A stretch of DNA of 64,000 bases from assembly GCA_965655095.1 (NCBI GenBank), contig OZ296657.1, positions 32,550,001 to 32,614,000 of the forward strand, given 5' to 3'. A model generated the notes under the pieces. It ran no database searches and was not told the origin of the DNA. It worked only from the letters and a program-made list of their open reading frames with translations. A program made the position numbers and the translations under genes. Shown here piece after piece: positions 26,521-38,578 of the stretch. Within the stretch, counting starts at the first letter, position 1; the number at the start of each line of letters is the position of its first letter. Origin of the DNA: Haplodiscus bocki. Lineage: Eukaryota.

Positions 26521-29500
26521 CCAACTTTTCAAATTTAGATTCCTCTTCCAGTTGATGGCATTCGGCTGAATTGTCCTTCTAAACCTACTAATATTCGGAA
26601 AGCTTTACGGGTGCAATTGTTTCACAATTGTTGGAGTCAAAATGCAAACTGCTGTCTGAGCGGCATCCAGTTTGCTTGTTTTCAGCTGTATCATCAGTTT
26701 GAATTTGGTTCAAAACAACTCTTCGATTGAAATGTATCATGGTGTCTATTTGACATTTCAAAAGATCATATGGCTGGACTGTTTTTTCCGACTGCTTACT
26801 TCCTTGCAGGAACTCAAATACTGATAGACCTCTGTCACTTCGGATCAAAACCTCTTTATTCAGGTATCTTTTTTTTCAGAATGATCAAAATGTTGTTCGT
26901 CATTTTCTCCTAGTTTCTTTCCTCTTTTCTATTTCTTTCTCTCCGGCTCATCCGTTTTTTCTTTTCACAAAATTCAGTTTTTTTGTTGTCTGCGCAGCCA
27001 TATCCGTCAACTGATTCGGCGTGATTGGTAGCGCAGGCTTTTTTCAACGGAAATCTGACAAGTACGACCTCTTCCGTAACCGGGCTCAACAATGGAGCCA
27101 AGCAGCATATTTGTGTGGCATGGACATGAACAGGAAACTTACGAATGGTCAGAATCCACCAATGAACTTTTGATTGGAAAAATTTTGTACTAATTGTCAT
27201 TTGATGCAAGCGGATTAATTTTGTTCGCAGTGGTGTCACAGCTTGCTATTTTGAACTTTAACAATGGGCTGCAAGTTCACGTAATTCTGTTTTGTTTTAT
27301 GTGACCGATCTGATCCACTTTTTGCCTCTGCAATTTCCCCATTTCACCACCATTTTTCTGCCAGTTATTAACGTTAAGTCTTCTTGAACAGATGTACTCT
27401 TCAGAAAACTGTGTCTGTCCAATTGATTTTTTTCCCGTCAAAACTGAATATTTGTCCCTGCTCATCTAAATCATTATTTCACAAGGAAAGTTCTCAGTCT
27501 GGAAAAGGACCAATATTTTGTTCACAATCAGACGTGCCACTTCTCCATGTGATGAAAATAAAGCAATTTTCCGAAATAGAATTGTCTGCAAGTCAATTCC
27601 GAAATAGAAACATTGAAATTGGAGGATGTTTTGATAATTTGCTAAGGTTAAATTGGAACTAATCGAAATTCTACTGATAATTGTCCAACTCAGTGGACAT
27701 ATTCGTAAATACAGTGGACAATTTTCGGTTGAGGAAATTTGTTCATGCAATGGACGCTGCGTTTCTCCACCGCGAGCGATGATGATCTTTTTTATTCCTA
27801 ATATGAATTTTTGGCATTCGCTAAAAGGAATTCTCTTTCGTTATGCAGTTATTCAACGCTTTTTCTGTGATCTTCATTTCCTTCGATTTTTCGAGGCTTT
27901 ATTGGCTGTACAGAGTTCATTCTAAGTTTGTGACACAGTATGGCGACTCGAGAATGAAAATGAATTTACAACATATGTGCAACAACCATTCAAATTACTC
28001 GTCCACTCCGCAAGTTACTTAATACGTTTTTGTGTGAAGAGAATTGTTCTTTACGTTTAAGCACTGTAGTGGACGTTGGTCGAAAAAGGGTTAGTTACCG
28101 ACTAAAACCTGCTTCAGATACGGCCTAAAATTTACCATCCGTGTGAATCTGACTGACACACATTTTCAGTTTGATGGAATTTCATATCACTCAAAAACTA
28201 CAACAGGTTCCGTAAAATACTGCACTTTTGCCGGGCCTTTTTGATGTCACTCTTTAATCTTTCAGCAGTGCTGGATGGTGAATTGTTGTTCCTGCGCTCA
28301 CCCATTACTCCTTCCGATTTTATGAAAGGGTTTAACTATTGGGTTACATAGTAGCCTGAAAAGTGTGCAAGTGTCACCGGCCAGTTTTCTTTTCCCTCAA
28401 CTTATATTGGCTACGGACATATTTGGTTCATGTTGACATTTGGTATTCACTTAGAAGCAGTTGCCTTGAATAAAAGCAGTGCCTTTGTTTACAGCCATCT
28501 TGCCATCAAAGATGTCCTAGTCTCGTTTTAGGAATCGGTAAAATAATGACTTTATTTTTGCCCTCTTTCTCATTTTCTCAAAGTGATATTGCCAATTGGA
28601 GACTTCCAAGAAAAAAATCTTGAATGACAATGTTTCAGAATAAATTAGACTTTTCACATTCTGATTGAAATGATCAATGTGTGTTGGAAACAAGCTTCTG
28701 TTTTCGAACCTATCCAAAGCTTCCATTTTCAGAGGTCAAGAGTCTAGTCATATAGTGTAAACCGTCAAAAACGTTTCTTTTTGGCAACTACTTGTCCATT
28801 TTGGCGTTGTTTACACTGAAAACCTCTTAAAAATTAGGTTAGAGAATGGTGAAACGCAAAAAGATATTGGCATATCAATTTTTGTTTGAGACTGTGGCAG
28901 TTACTTGTTTGTTTTCGCGTTTTCCTACTGCGAAACAATGGCCGCAAAATGGCGTAAACTGAGAAGACATGCTTCGCCTATCAATTTTTTGAGTATTACA
29001 CACCGTGATAGGTACTTGTCTCCATTTGACTTCGAGCAACATTTCGATTGACAACTGGTGTAGTATTTCTGAAAAGGTCAATCGAATCTCCGTTCATGTT
29101 TCTAATGTCTTTTGGGGTCTGTGATCTCAACTGACAAGTCAGAATGTATTGCGAAGTTCCGCTTCGCCTATATGTTTCATTTTAAAAATCTTGTATATTT
29201 TAGATCTTATTCCTCCACTGTGCAACTGAACCCGTTAAAATTTTAACTCTTATTCCTGTTTCAATGTAGGAGCTATGCTAGGGGCCTATATTTTGAATAG
29301 TTTTCTTATACAACCAGGCTGTTTCTAACTGTTGGGAATCCCAGCAACTAGAAACCTAGTGACGCTTGACTTTCTTTCTTGACTGTCCATATTTTATTCA
29401 CGGGATCTTGCTTTCCTTGTAATATGGCTTCAGTATGCGCGGCTCTTCAGTTTTATTAAGATGATTTTGATGGGATATTTTGGGATGATTGGATTTAGCC

Positions 29501-29639
29501 GGAAATATCTTGAATCATTTATTTAGTTTTCTCGGACTCACATTCGTTTTGGTTTTCAATCAGCTATTCAAGAACTCCGACCAGCTCTTTGAATGGTTGA
29601 TTTAAAACGCTAGTGGGCAATTCTGTTGCCTTGTTTTAG

Positions 29640-29955
29640 ATGAAGAATCAAAATGTTTTCTATATCCACTCTGACGAATTGTGCTCCCTCTCAAACAAAT
29701 TCACACGTTGTGTCGCTAGAGCATCGAGAGTACATGAATTGATCAATGCATATGAGTTATTGGCAGAAGAATTTATTACCGTAGTTCGCCCTCGTAAAGC
29801 TCACTCAGATGATCTCTTAATTTTTCATGGAACTGACTTCGTTTCGTTCTTGCTGGAATGCGGAGACTCAGGTAAAGACGGAGAGTGTACGGAATTCACC
29901 AAAAAATGTGCACTCTATGGTCTCGAGTATGAATGTCCTGTTTTGACTGACCTGG
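29640..29955 (+). CDS. HDAC8: Histone deacetylase 8-like, coding exon 1
   Basis: RASRVHELINAYELL...LLIFHGTDFVSFL...YGLEYECPV matches the HDAC8 N-terminus. Donor G|gtatgt at 29956, phase 1. The ATG is immediately preceded by ttgttttag. Confidence 0.9.
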
Positions 29956-30204
29956 GTATGTTGACTTTTGATTTTCTGATCTCGTAATTTTGCAAAATTC
30001 TGTCAGATTACCGTTTTTTCTGGAACAAAAAGTATGGCAAAACGCGGAAAAGCGTCTATTCAAACCCATTCCCTTTCAAAAATTGATAATGGAAGAATTA
30101 TCATCATTGCTCTAAGAAAGATAACATTGAGTTTTCGCTTTAAATTAAACATACATGAATGAGTGAGTAATTAGAAGATCTTTGGCTTTTGGATTTTTTT
30201 TCAG

Positions 30205-30327
30205 GCGAGTACGCTCTACTACTGGCTGGTGCAGCAATTGATTCGGCTTTGTGCCTAATGACTGACGGAAAGGTAGTTTTTAATTGGTATGGAGGCTGGC
30301 ATCATTCGAAAAAGGATTCAGCTGCCG
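30205..30327 (+). CDS. HDAC8: HDAC8-like, coding exon 2
   Basis: Acceptor ttttcag at 30204; encodes EYALLLAGAAIDSALCLMTDGKVVFNWYGGWHHSKKDSAAG (catalytic HH); donor G|gtaagt at 30328. Confidence 0.93.
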
Positions 30328-32153
30328 GTAAGTGCGGTCACATTCGCATTTCTACCTGATAATGTTTATATCGTAACATTTATGGAAATTGCGTTATTAC
30401 TGTGCCATTTGATGACAAATCAAATGCATCATGATTCAAAACTAAGATACAACAAACTGATAACAAAACATGAACAAAATGGAATATGTTAATTTCAAAA
30501 CTTTGTTTTCCGACAGCCTTTCAGTCACTTTTTTATACAGCTATTTTCATGGTGAAATTTGGAAAACAAAACTAATCCAGAAGTGATTGAAAAATGTAAA
30601 TTTTGATACTTTCAATAATGATATCATGAATCTGTCCCTATCTGAACTTCCAGTTGCGAATCAGCTACATCTTAATGAAAAAGTGTAGGGAGATTCGACC
30701 TTGAAAGGTAACAAAACAACAATGGTAACAATTTAATCAGCGCATGAAAATCCAAAAGTTGCTAAATGCGCAAGGAATTGTCGGCCAACAGGCAATACAT
30801 ACAGCCAGCTCTCAAGAAAGAGGAATCGGTCGGACAAAATACCTGCCGGAAAAGACGCCATAAGTTGCTCAATCGAGGGGGTACGAAAGAAAAGTAAAAT
30901 ACGAGATTTTCAACTGTCTCACAACCATGTGAAAGTGAACTTGGATAATTGCTTGGAAAGTTCAGCACCCACATATGCGCAGGTGACTTCTGCATGACAA
31001 CACAACTTTCACGCGCTTGTTTTTAATGTAAGAATCTTATTAATTTTGAAATAAGATCAACGGTATCAAATGCTTTTCATGCGATGAACATGCTTTTCAT
31101 GCAATATAGTGTGTCTAATTGAAATTTGGCTGAACGAAGATTTCGAGGCTTCGCGAATCATGGTAAATGACTTTGGAACATACCGATGTCAAAAGAGCAA
31201 CTAAAATCTCTAGCGTAGCATTTCATATACAACTCAATTCAAGCGAAAGTGGACTTGCATGAATGTTGTGTCTGCTGCAAAGCTGCAAAATTAATGTATA
31301 AAGCAAAGTAATCTACCTAGGTTGTCTCTTTAACCTGCCGACACAAAGGGATTGCAGCGATTTTCATGACTACTTTCAGAAATTAACAGTTTTGAGCGAA
31401 GAAGACGAAGTGGAAGCCTGTGTAATTGAAATCTGCGTGATGGCTGACCTTTCACCAAATGTTGACTTCTGGGCTTGCGCTAGCAAAATACTTGGCATCG
31501 TCTTGTACAAGGATGTGAATCTCATGACCGTCAGAGATGAAAGTACTGGAAGAATCTATGACTTCCAGTCACGCGGTGGTCGCCATCAAAGTTGAATGCT
31601 AATTAACCCATGCAAAACCACGACGTGACCATTTCCTCAAATACTGCTAAACTGATTTCGAGGAATTGGTTGAAAACGCTAGTGACGCTGTTTAAACTAG
31701 TATGCTTCACGAACACTGATATTCTTTGCATGCAATGAGATGTATGGATACCTTGACCAATTGAGGAACTCAGAGCCGATAAGGACATGACATCAACAAA
31801 GTCTATCTTCTTGGTTGTCATCTAGAACTTCTAACCTGATGAAAAAAATCAACCTCGATAAAGCTCAAGTAGAAAAACTGAGAAGTTTCAGGAACAGTAA
31901 AAAAGTTCCTTTAGTCTACAAGATTCACCGGCTAAAAGATAGAAGGAGACTAGAGATTCACCCACGGAAAGATTGATACAATGTTAGGATTGACCCGCAA
32001 AAAACCTTGTGAATCCTCATTGGTGAAAAAGATGAGAGTTATGGAAAAAATCACGGTAAAATCTAAGAACACGGTGGATACTGTTTTTAGTGCTCCATAT
32101 TTTGTTATCTTTTGATTAAATATCACATGACTACGGTCACGATAATTCACAAA

Positions 32154-32220
32154 TAGCTCGGATGGTACACCCAGTTGTTATGGTTTTGAAGGTTGAGGGT
32201 TCGAATCCGAAAACCGCCAA
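32154..32220 (+). repeat. tRNA-derived SINE head / tRNA pseudogene
   Basis: Pol III A-box-like TAGCTCGGATGG at 32154 and B-box GGTTCGAATCC at 32198; no convincing cloverleaf. Confidence 0.5.
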
Positions 32221-33561
32221 TAGTCTATTCTCCAATATAGACACGAAAACTCTGAACAATCGGTAAAGTCGGTTTCTTAGTAACGTATAGTTGCAAGTAA
32301 TTTTTATTTAAATCGACAATGGATTGGGAACAGCTGCTTTTCAAAATAGTGGCAATAACTCTTGCTCTTTTGACAGCGTTGGTTTTAATTTATTTCACAC
32401 AGCATCAAGGAGAAAGAAATAAACCATTAACTTCTGATACGTGTGACTACGACCAACACTACTATATAATATCATCTGACTATTCGCCGTAATATGACGG
32501 TTTCTGTCTGAACGACGGTGTTTGTTCTTTCCCTGCAGACACAAACGGGTTTGCTTACATCTGTCCATGCTCATATGAAGGTCGAAGGTGTGAGAAGTAT
32601 ATGTAGTAAAGACAGCAATATAGACCCCTCTCAGATCCATATTTTCAAGTAAAACAAGCCTGAACTGTCGCAGAACACTAATTATATTGTGTCTGATAGC
32701 AATAAACTCATTTTGGATTTCCTTGTTAGTTCGCAATGAAAACAACCCTGTGAGATACAGATGTGACGTTCCGAGATTACTTTGAAGGATCTCAGAGAAT
32801 TGCCAACAGAAATGAGGAAAACAGAATTCGCTCCGGAACGTGGAAATTGGCTTATGCAATTAACTTTATCCATCGCTCGATTTTGATTTTTCAAAGAAGG
32901 TAAGTCCACAAGGTATATCGACGAATTGTGATTGGTTGTTCAAAGGATCTCAAATCTATCGACTATTCTGTTTGTTGCAAGCCGTAGCAAAGTTGGCGGC
33001 CAAGTCCTCCAGATAGAACCCTTAGAACAATCAACGGTCCATTTATTATACTTTGCGTTTTCAACGAGAATACTACATCGGAAACTCTTCAATTCGTTGT
33101 CTTGCTTAACACCTCAAACAGTTGTATTTGATCTGAAGGATTTCGTTTTTCAAATCAGCCTTTGACTGTTAAAGAGTTATCTGTTCGGGGTTTTGACCAT
33201 AACGATACAATTCTTCTTAAACGCCTTTTCCCATCCATCTACTCTGTCAAGGCACAGAAAATTAATACCCGGATTACGAATAATATACACGGTTTGAACT
33301 GGGACTCTGGAATTAACGATTACTTTTTTCCTTACTGTTTCTTAGTCTAAACTTCCGTTTCCCAAACATCATCGTTTACGCCAAAAGTAACGAAAAGTTT
33401 TTGTTTTTGCGGAAATTCTTCACCTGGGTCATTGATTTGCATCATCTAACTGTCCCATAGCGTGCGAATTCCGGCAAAACTGCAGTCCCAGTTGTTGTCT
33501 CAATTTTTTTCACGATATCATTGCTCACGGGAAGAAGTAAACTTGTTTTATCTTTGGTTAA

Positions 33562-34176
33562 ATGAGTGTCAGCAGAGCGCCTATGTCTACAGTTTCCCAA
33601 ACACAGAAAAACAAGGACAACTTATTCCTCAATCTGTCCTCGAGTTTAACCATATCAGTATCAACAACTGACCAAGTCAATATCAAGAACGTCCCCGAAA
33701 ACGTTACCATATCAGTTTCAACAACCGACCAAGTCAATATCGAAAACGTCCCCGAAAACGTTACTATTGAACTCGTGAAAGAACAACAATATCGACATGT
33801 TGGAGAACCTAAACTATTGCGACAGGCAGTCCTCCATTTATCTTATGCTGGATTCCTTCAGCTCAAGTCGAGTACCAATTCCATTCACTCTTTTCTGAAC
33901 TTCATAGGAGATCTGGTCGAATACGCGATTGAAGCAGCTGATGAAAGACAACATCAAGCCTCTGAAACCACCACCGCCACCCCCCCCCTAAAAACTACAA
34001 TTCTATCTGGTAAAGAGGATCCTTGGTTGCCCGAGCAAATCTTCAACGAGCTAAAAGACAGAGACGGCGTTGTCGAAATTGTGGTTTTCCTGCACACACC
34101 TAGATACCGGGGAAAACAATATGTTGTAACTATGAAACAGTCCGTTGATTTTAATTTTTGTATCTTCTACGTATAA
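33562..34176 (+). CDS. Orphan intronless ORF (204 aa) with internal 57-bp tandem duplication; possibly virus/Maverick derived
   Basis: ATG-initiated open frame; TISVSTTDQVNI(K/E)NVPENV duplicated at 33649-33705 and 33706-33762; no family recognised. Confidence 0.4.
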   Translation: MSVSRAPMSTVSQTQKNKDNLFLNLSSSLTISVSTTDQVNIKNVPENVTISVSTTDQVNIENVPENVTIELVKEQQYRHVGEPKLLRQAVLHLSYAGFLQLKSSTNSIHSFLNFIGDLVEYAIEAADERQHQASETTTATPPLKTTILSGKEDPWLPEQIFNELKDRDGVVEIVVFLHTPRYRGKQYVVTMKQSVDFNFCIFYV

Positions 34177-35019
34177 GAAATTGTACAATTCCTAAATAAG
34201 TTTTTTCAACCTAAAACATTTTTACCTAGAGATGGAAGAGCGGGCAGTTGACTGTCCCGACGATGTTGGAGTTGAATAATCCGTCTACGATGAAAATAAG
34301 AGCGAGCGCTCCTCGTGGAAGTTTTGTAACTCAACAACATTACCAAGATCTGAAGTTGTCTTGTTTCCACTCTGCAATTCTTCTGATACTCATTATTAGC
34401 AGTCTAACGAAACTACTTTTCTACGAGGTACCTTGTGAAGAAATGCCAGTTATGGGTATCTCTGTCAGCTACGATTGGATAAAGACTTCCCGGCCCACAT
34501 CTGAACAAAATTATCTTCACTAACGATAGGCTATTTGTCTCTGACGTTGCTACAGAGACAAAAACTAACTGTAGCAAAAGATGAAAACTCAACTGTATCC
34601 CAAGTGGCAGGAAATCAGCCGGATGTTGTGGAGAAAAGGGTCTTAAAATCATTATCGATGTTGAAGCCCGGACAGCTCCAGAAAACAAAGACAATCTTGA
34701 AAATAGTTTACGAAGCCTCGGATGAAATTAATGAAGACGGATTTCTCACTGCAGAGGATCACGAAAATACGATTGGGGCTACACATTTCGTTTACACTTT
34801 ACAGGAAACAAAGAATAGACTGCATGACTCTGATTACATAGGTTTTTTTTACAGAGGATCGATATTTCCCCGAGCTTCGTTGCCAACTCCGACGCAATGA
34901 AAATATTCCAACCTACTCGAAGCAAAACGGTAGACTTAAAATCCAAAAGCCAGGGCAAGCTTCAAAGAAACAATCACTGGATGACAAGCAAGTTGCACAA
35001 GATTCTCAAGCAGTAGAGA

Positions 35020-35615
35020 TCTCATTACGAGCGTGGAAAGCTCTCAGATTCAGAGAAAATAAAACTCGAGAAGTTATGCAAGAAAGGACCGGCAGCGCAT
35101 GGAACCGTTTCAAATCTGCAAAACCAGTTCCTTGTCTCGGGTGAAAGTTGAAACCATCCTACAGAAAACTTCAGATCCGAAGTACAGACAATACAGAAGA
35201 CATTTTCCCAGTTTGGTAGTTATTCCTTACGATATTAGTGAGTTCTGATCTATTCATTTAGCTTATGAAGACTAATAGCTAAATGCAACATTTGTGTCAA
35301 ATAGCTTGTCACTGTTGAGTACTCTCACGAAAAGTCAGAGTTCGGCCAATGTGAACTAACAGTGCGGAGGAAACTGCTAAAATTTTTGGTCGCATGATCA
35401 CCAAAACTAAACCATTGAAAGTATGGTCTGATGGAGGAACCGAGCTCAAAGGAGCTTTCAAAAAGTGTGAAAGCAACGGCATCGACACCTTCACCACAAA
35501 CAGTGAAACGAAATCGGCATCTGCAGAGCGCAATATTCGATCTCTCAAAAACATCATCCACAAACATTTGGAGAACAAATGGTCTTACCGCTACATAAAC
35601 GTATCTCATATCTAA
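35020..35615 (+). pseudogene. Maverick/Polinton-type retroviral-like (rve, DDE) integrase, disrupted and C-terminally truncated; first of 8 copies
   Basis: KLEKLxKKGPAAxG...YRQYRRHFP...EF*SIHLAY...KPLKVWSDGGTE(F/L)KGAFKK...TTNSETKSA(F/S)AERNIRSLKNIIHKHL...YRYI matches Maverick integrase motifs (WSIDLA, WSDxGxEF, KAxxAERxxRTLK). The first catalytic Asp reads His; stops and frameshifts are shared across copies. Confidence 0.85.
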
Positions 35616-35619
35616 CACG

Positions 35620-36201
35620 ATGAGCTCACAAGAATTTTTTCTAATTCCTGAAGAAAACTATGCTGAAGAGCACACTGAATCATGGGATGTTTCGTTCGAT
35701 CCAAAAATCACTGAGAAAGCCAAACAACTGACGTTGCTACAGAGACAAAAACTAACTGTAGCAAAAGATGAAAACTCAACTGTATCCCAAGTGGCAGAAA
35801 ATCAGCCGGATGTTGTGGAGAAAAGGGTCTTAAAATCATTATCGATGTTGAAGCCCGGACAGCTCCAGAAAACAAAGACAATCTTGAAAATAGTTTACGA
35901 AGCCTCGGATGAAATTAACGAAGACGAATTTCTCACAGCAGATGATCACGAAAATACGATTGGGGCTACACATTTCGTTTACACTTTACAGGAAACAAAG
36001 AATAGATTGCATGACTCTGATTACAAAGGTATTTTACAGAGGATCGATATTTCCCCGAGCTTCGTTGCTAACTCCGACGCAATGAAAATATTCAAACCTA
36101 CTCGAAGCAAAACGGTAGACTTAAAATCGAAACCCCAGGGCAAGCTCCAAAGAAACAATCACTGGATGACAAGCAAGTTGCAGAAGATTCTCAAGCAGTA
36201 G
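35620..36201 (+). CDS. 193-aa hypothetical protein of the array unit, copy 1
   Basis: Open ATG-to-TAG frame MSSQEFFLIPEENY...; directly upstream of the integrase remnant. Confidence 0.5.
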   Translation: MSSQEFFLIPEENYAEEHTESWDVSFDPKITEKAKQLTLLQRQKLTVAKDENSTVSQVAENQPDVVEKRVLKSLSMLKPGQLQKTKTILKIVYEASDEINEDEFLTADDHENTIGATHFVYTLQETKNRLHDSDYKGILQRIDISPSFVANSDAMKIFKPTRSKTVDLKSKPQGKLQRNNHWMTSKLQKILKQ

Positions 36202-36807
36202 AGATCTCATTACGAGCGTGGAAAGCTCTCAGATTCAGAGAAAATAAAACTCGAGAAGTTATACAAGAAAGGACCGGCAGCGTATGGAACCGCTTCAAAT
36301 CTGCAAAACCAGTTCCTTGTCTCGGGTGAAAGTTGAAACCATCCTACTGAATAAAACTTCAGATCCGAAGTACAGACAATACAGAAGACATTTTCCCAGT
36401 TTGGTAGTTATTCCTTACGATATTAGTGAGTTCTGATCTATTCATTTAGCTTATGAAGACTAATAGCTAAATGCAACATTTGTGTCAAATAGCTTTTCAC
36501 TGTTGAGTACTCTCACGAAAAGTCAGAGTTCGGCCAATGTGAACTAACAGTGCGGAGGAAACTGCTAAAATTTTTGGTCGCCTGATCACCAAAACTAAAC
36601 CATTGAAAGTATGGTCTGATGGAGGAACCGAGCTCAAAGGAGCTTTCAAAAAGTGTGAAAGCAACGGCATCGACACCTTCACCACAAACAGTGAAACGAA
36701 ATCGGCATCTGCAGAGCGCAATATTCGATCTCTCAAAAACATCATCCACAAACATTTGGAGAACAAATGGTCTTATCGCTACATAAACGTATCTCATATC
36801 TAACACG

Positions 36808-37389
36808 ATGAGCTCACAAGAATTTTTTCTAATTCCTGAAGAAAACTATGCTGAAGAGCACACTGAATCATGGGATGTTTCGTTCGATCCAAAAATCACT
36901 GAGAAAGCCAAACAACTGACGTTGCTACAGAGACAAAAACTAACTGTAGCAAAAGATGAAAACTCAACTGTATCCCAAGTGGCAGAAAATCAGCCGGATG
37001 TTGTGGAGAAAAGGGTCTTAAAATCATTATCGATGTTGAAGCCCGGACAGCTCCAGAAAACAAAGACAATCTTGAAAATAGTTTACGAAGCCTCGGATGA
37101 AATTAACGAAGACGAATTTCTCACAGCAGATGATCACGAAAATACGATTGGGGCTACACATTTCGTTTACACTTTACAGGAAACAAAGAATAGATTGCAT
37201 GACTCTGATTACAAAGGTATTTTACACAGGATCGATATTTCGCCGAGCTTCGTTGCTAACTCCGACGCAATGAAAATATTCCAACCTACTCGAAGCAAAA
37301 CGGTAGACTTAAAATCCAAACGCCAGGGCAAGCTCCAAAGAAACAATCACTGGATGACAAGCAAGTTGCAGAAGATTCTCAAGCAGTAG
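36808..37389 (+). CDS. 193-aa array ORF, copy 2
   Basis: Open, near-identical to copy 1. Confidence 0.5.
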   Translation: MSSQEFFLIPEENYAEEHTESWDVSFDPKITEKAKQLTLLQRQKLTVAKDENSTVSQVAENQPDVVEKRVLKSLSMLKPGQLQKTKTILKIVYEASDEINEDEFLTADDHENTIGATHFVYTLQETKNRLHDSDYKGILHRIDISPSFVANSDAMKIFQPTRSKTVDLKSKRQGKLQRNNHWMTSKLQKILKQ

Positions 37390-37996
37390 AGATCTCATTA
37401 CGAGCGTGGAAAGCTCTCAGATTCAGAGAAAATAAAACTCGAGAAGTTATACAAGAAAGGACTGGCAGCGTATGGAACCGTTTCAAATCTGCAAAACCAG
37501 TTCCTTGTCTCGGGGTGAAAGTTGAAACCATCCTACAGAATAAAACTTCAGATATGAAGTACAGACAATACAGAAGACATTTTCCCAGTTTGGTAGTTAT
37601 TCCTTACGATATTAGTGAGTTCTGATCTATTCATTTAGCTTATGAAGACTAATAGCTAAATGCAACATTTGTGTCAAATAGCTTGTCACTGTTGAGTACT
37701 CTCACGAAAAGTCAGAGTTCGGCCAATGTGAACTAACAGTGCGGAGGAAACTGCTAAAATTTTTTGTCGCCTGATCACCAAAACTAAACCATTGAAAGTA
37801 TGGTCTGATGGAGGAACCGAGTTCAAAGGAGCTTTCAAAAAGTGTGAAAGCAACGGCATCGACACCTTCACCACAAACAGTGAAACGAAATCGGCATTTG
37901 CAGAGCGCAATATTCGATCTCTCAAAAACATCATCCACAAACATTTGGAGAACAAATGGTCTTATCGCTACATAAACGTATCTCATATCTAACACG

Positions 37997-38578
37997 ATGA
38001 GCTCACAAGAATTTTTTCTAATTCCTGAAGAAAACTATGCTGAAGAGCACACTGAATCATGGGATGTTTCGTTCGATCCAAAAATCACTGAGAAAGCCAA
38101 ACAACTGACGTTGCTACAGAGACAAAAACTAACTGTAGCAAAAGATGAAAACTCAACTGTATCCCAAGTGGCAGAAAATCAGCCGGATGTTGTGGAGAAA
38201 AGGGTCTTAAAATCATTATCGATGTTGAAGCCCGGACAGCTCCAGAAAACAAAGACAATCTTGAAAATAGTTTACGAAGCCTCGGATGAAATAAACGAAG
38301 ACGGATTTCTCACAGCAGATGATCACGAAAATACGATTGGGGCTACACATTTCGTTTACACTTTACAGGAAACAAAGAATAGATTGCATGACTCTGATTA
38401 CAAAGGTATTTTACAGAGGATCGATATTTCCCCGAGCTTCGTTGCTAACTCCGACGCAATGAAAATATTCAAACCTACTCGAAGCAAAACGGTAGACTTA
38501 AAATCGAAACCCCAGGGCAAGCTCCAAAGAAACAATCACTGGATGACAAGCAAGTTGCAGAAGATTCTCAAGCAGTAG
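37997..38578 (+). CDS. 193-aa array ORF, copy 3
   Basis: Open, near-identical to copy 1. Confidence 0.5.
   Translation: MSSQEFFLIPEENYAEEHTESWDVSFDPKITEKAKQLTLLQRQKLTVAKDENSTVSQVAENQPDVVEKRVLKSLSMLKPGQLQKTKTILKIVYEASDEINEDGFLTADDHENTIGATHFVYTLQETKNRLHDSDYKGILQRIDISPSFVANSDAMKIFKPTRSKTVDLKSKPQGKLQRNNHWMTSKLQKILKQ

Noticed and set aside
32154-32220. Functional tRNA genes here and at ~56262-56335
   Set aside because: A and B boxes are present, but acceptor and anticodon stems do not pair; treated as SINE heads or pseudogenes.
35309-35618. Recurrent minus-strand ORFs (89 and 97 aa) in each array unit
   Set aside because: Antisense shadows of the integrase frame, repeated only because the unit is repeated.
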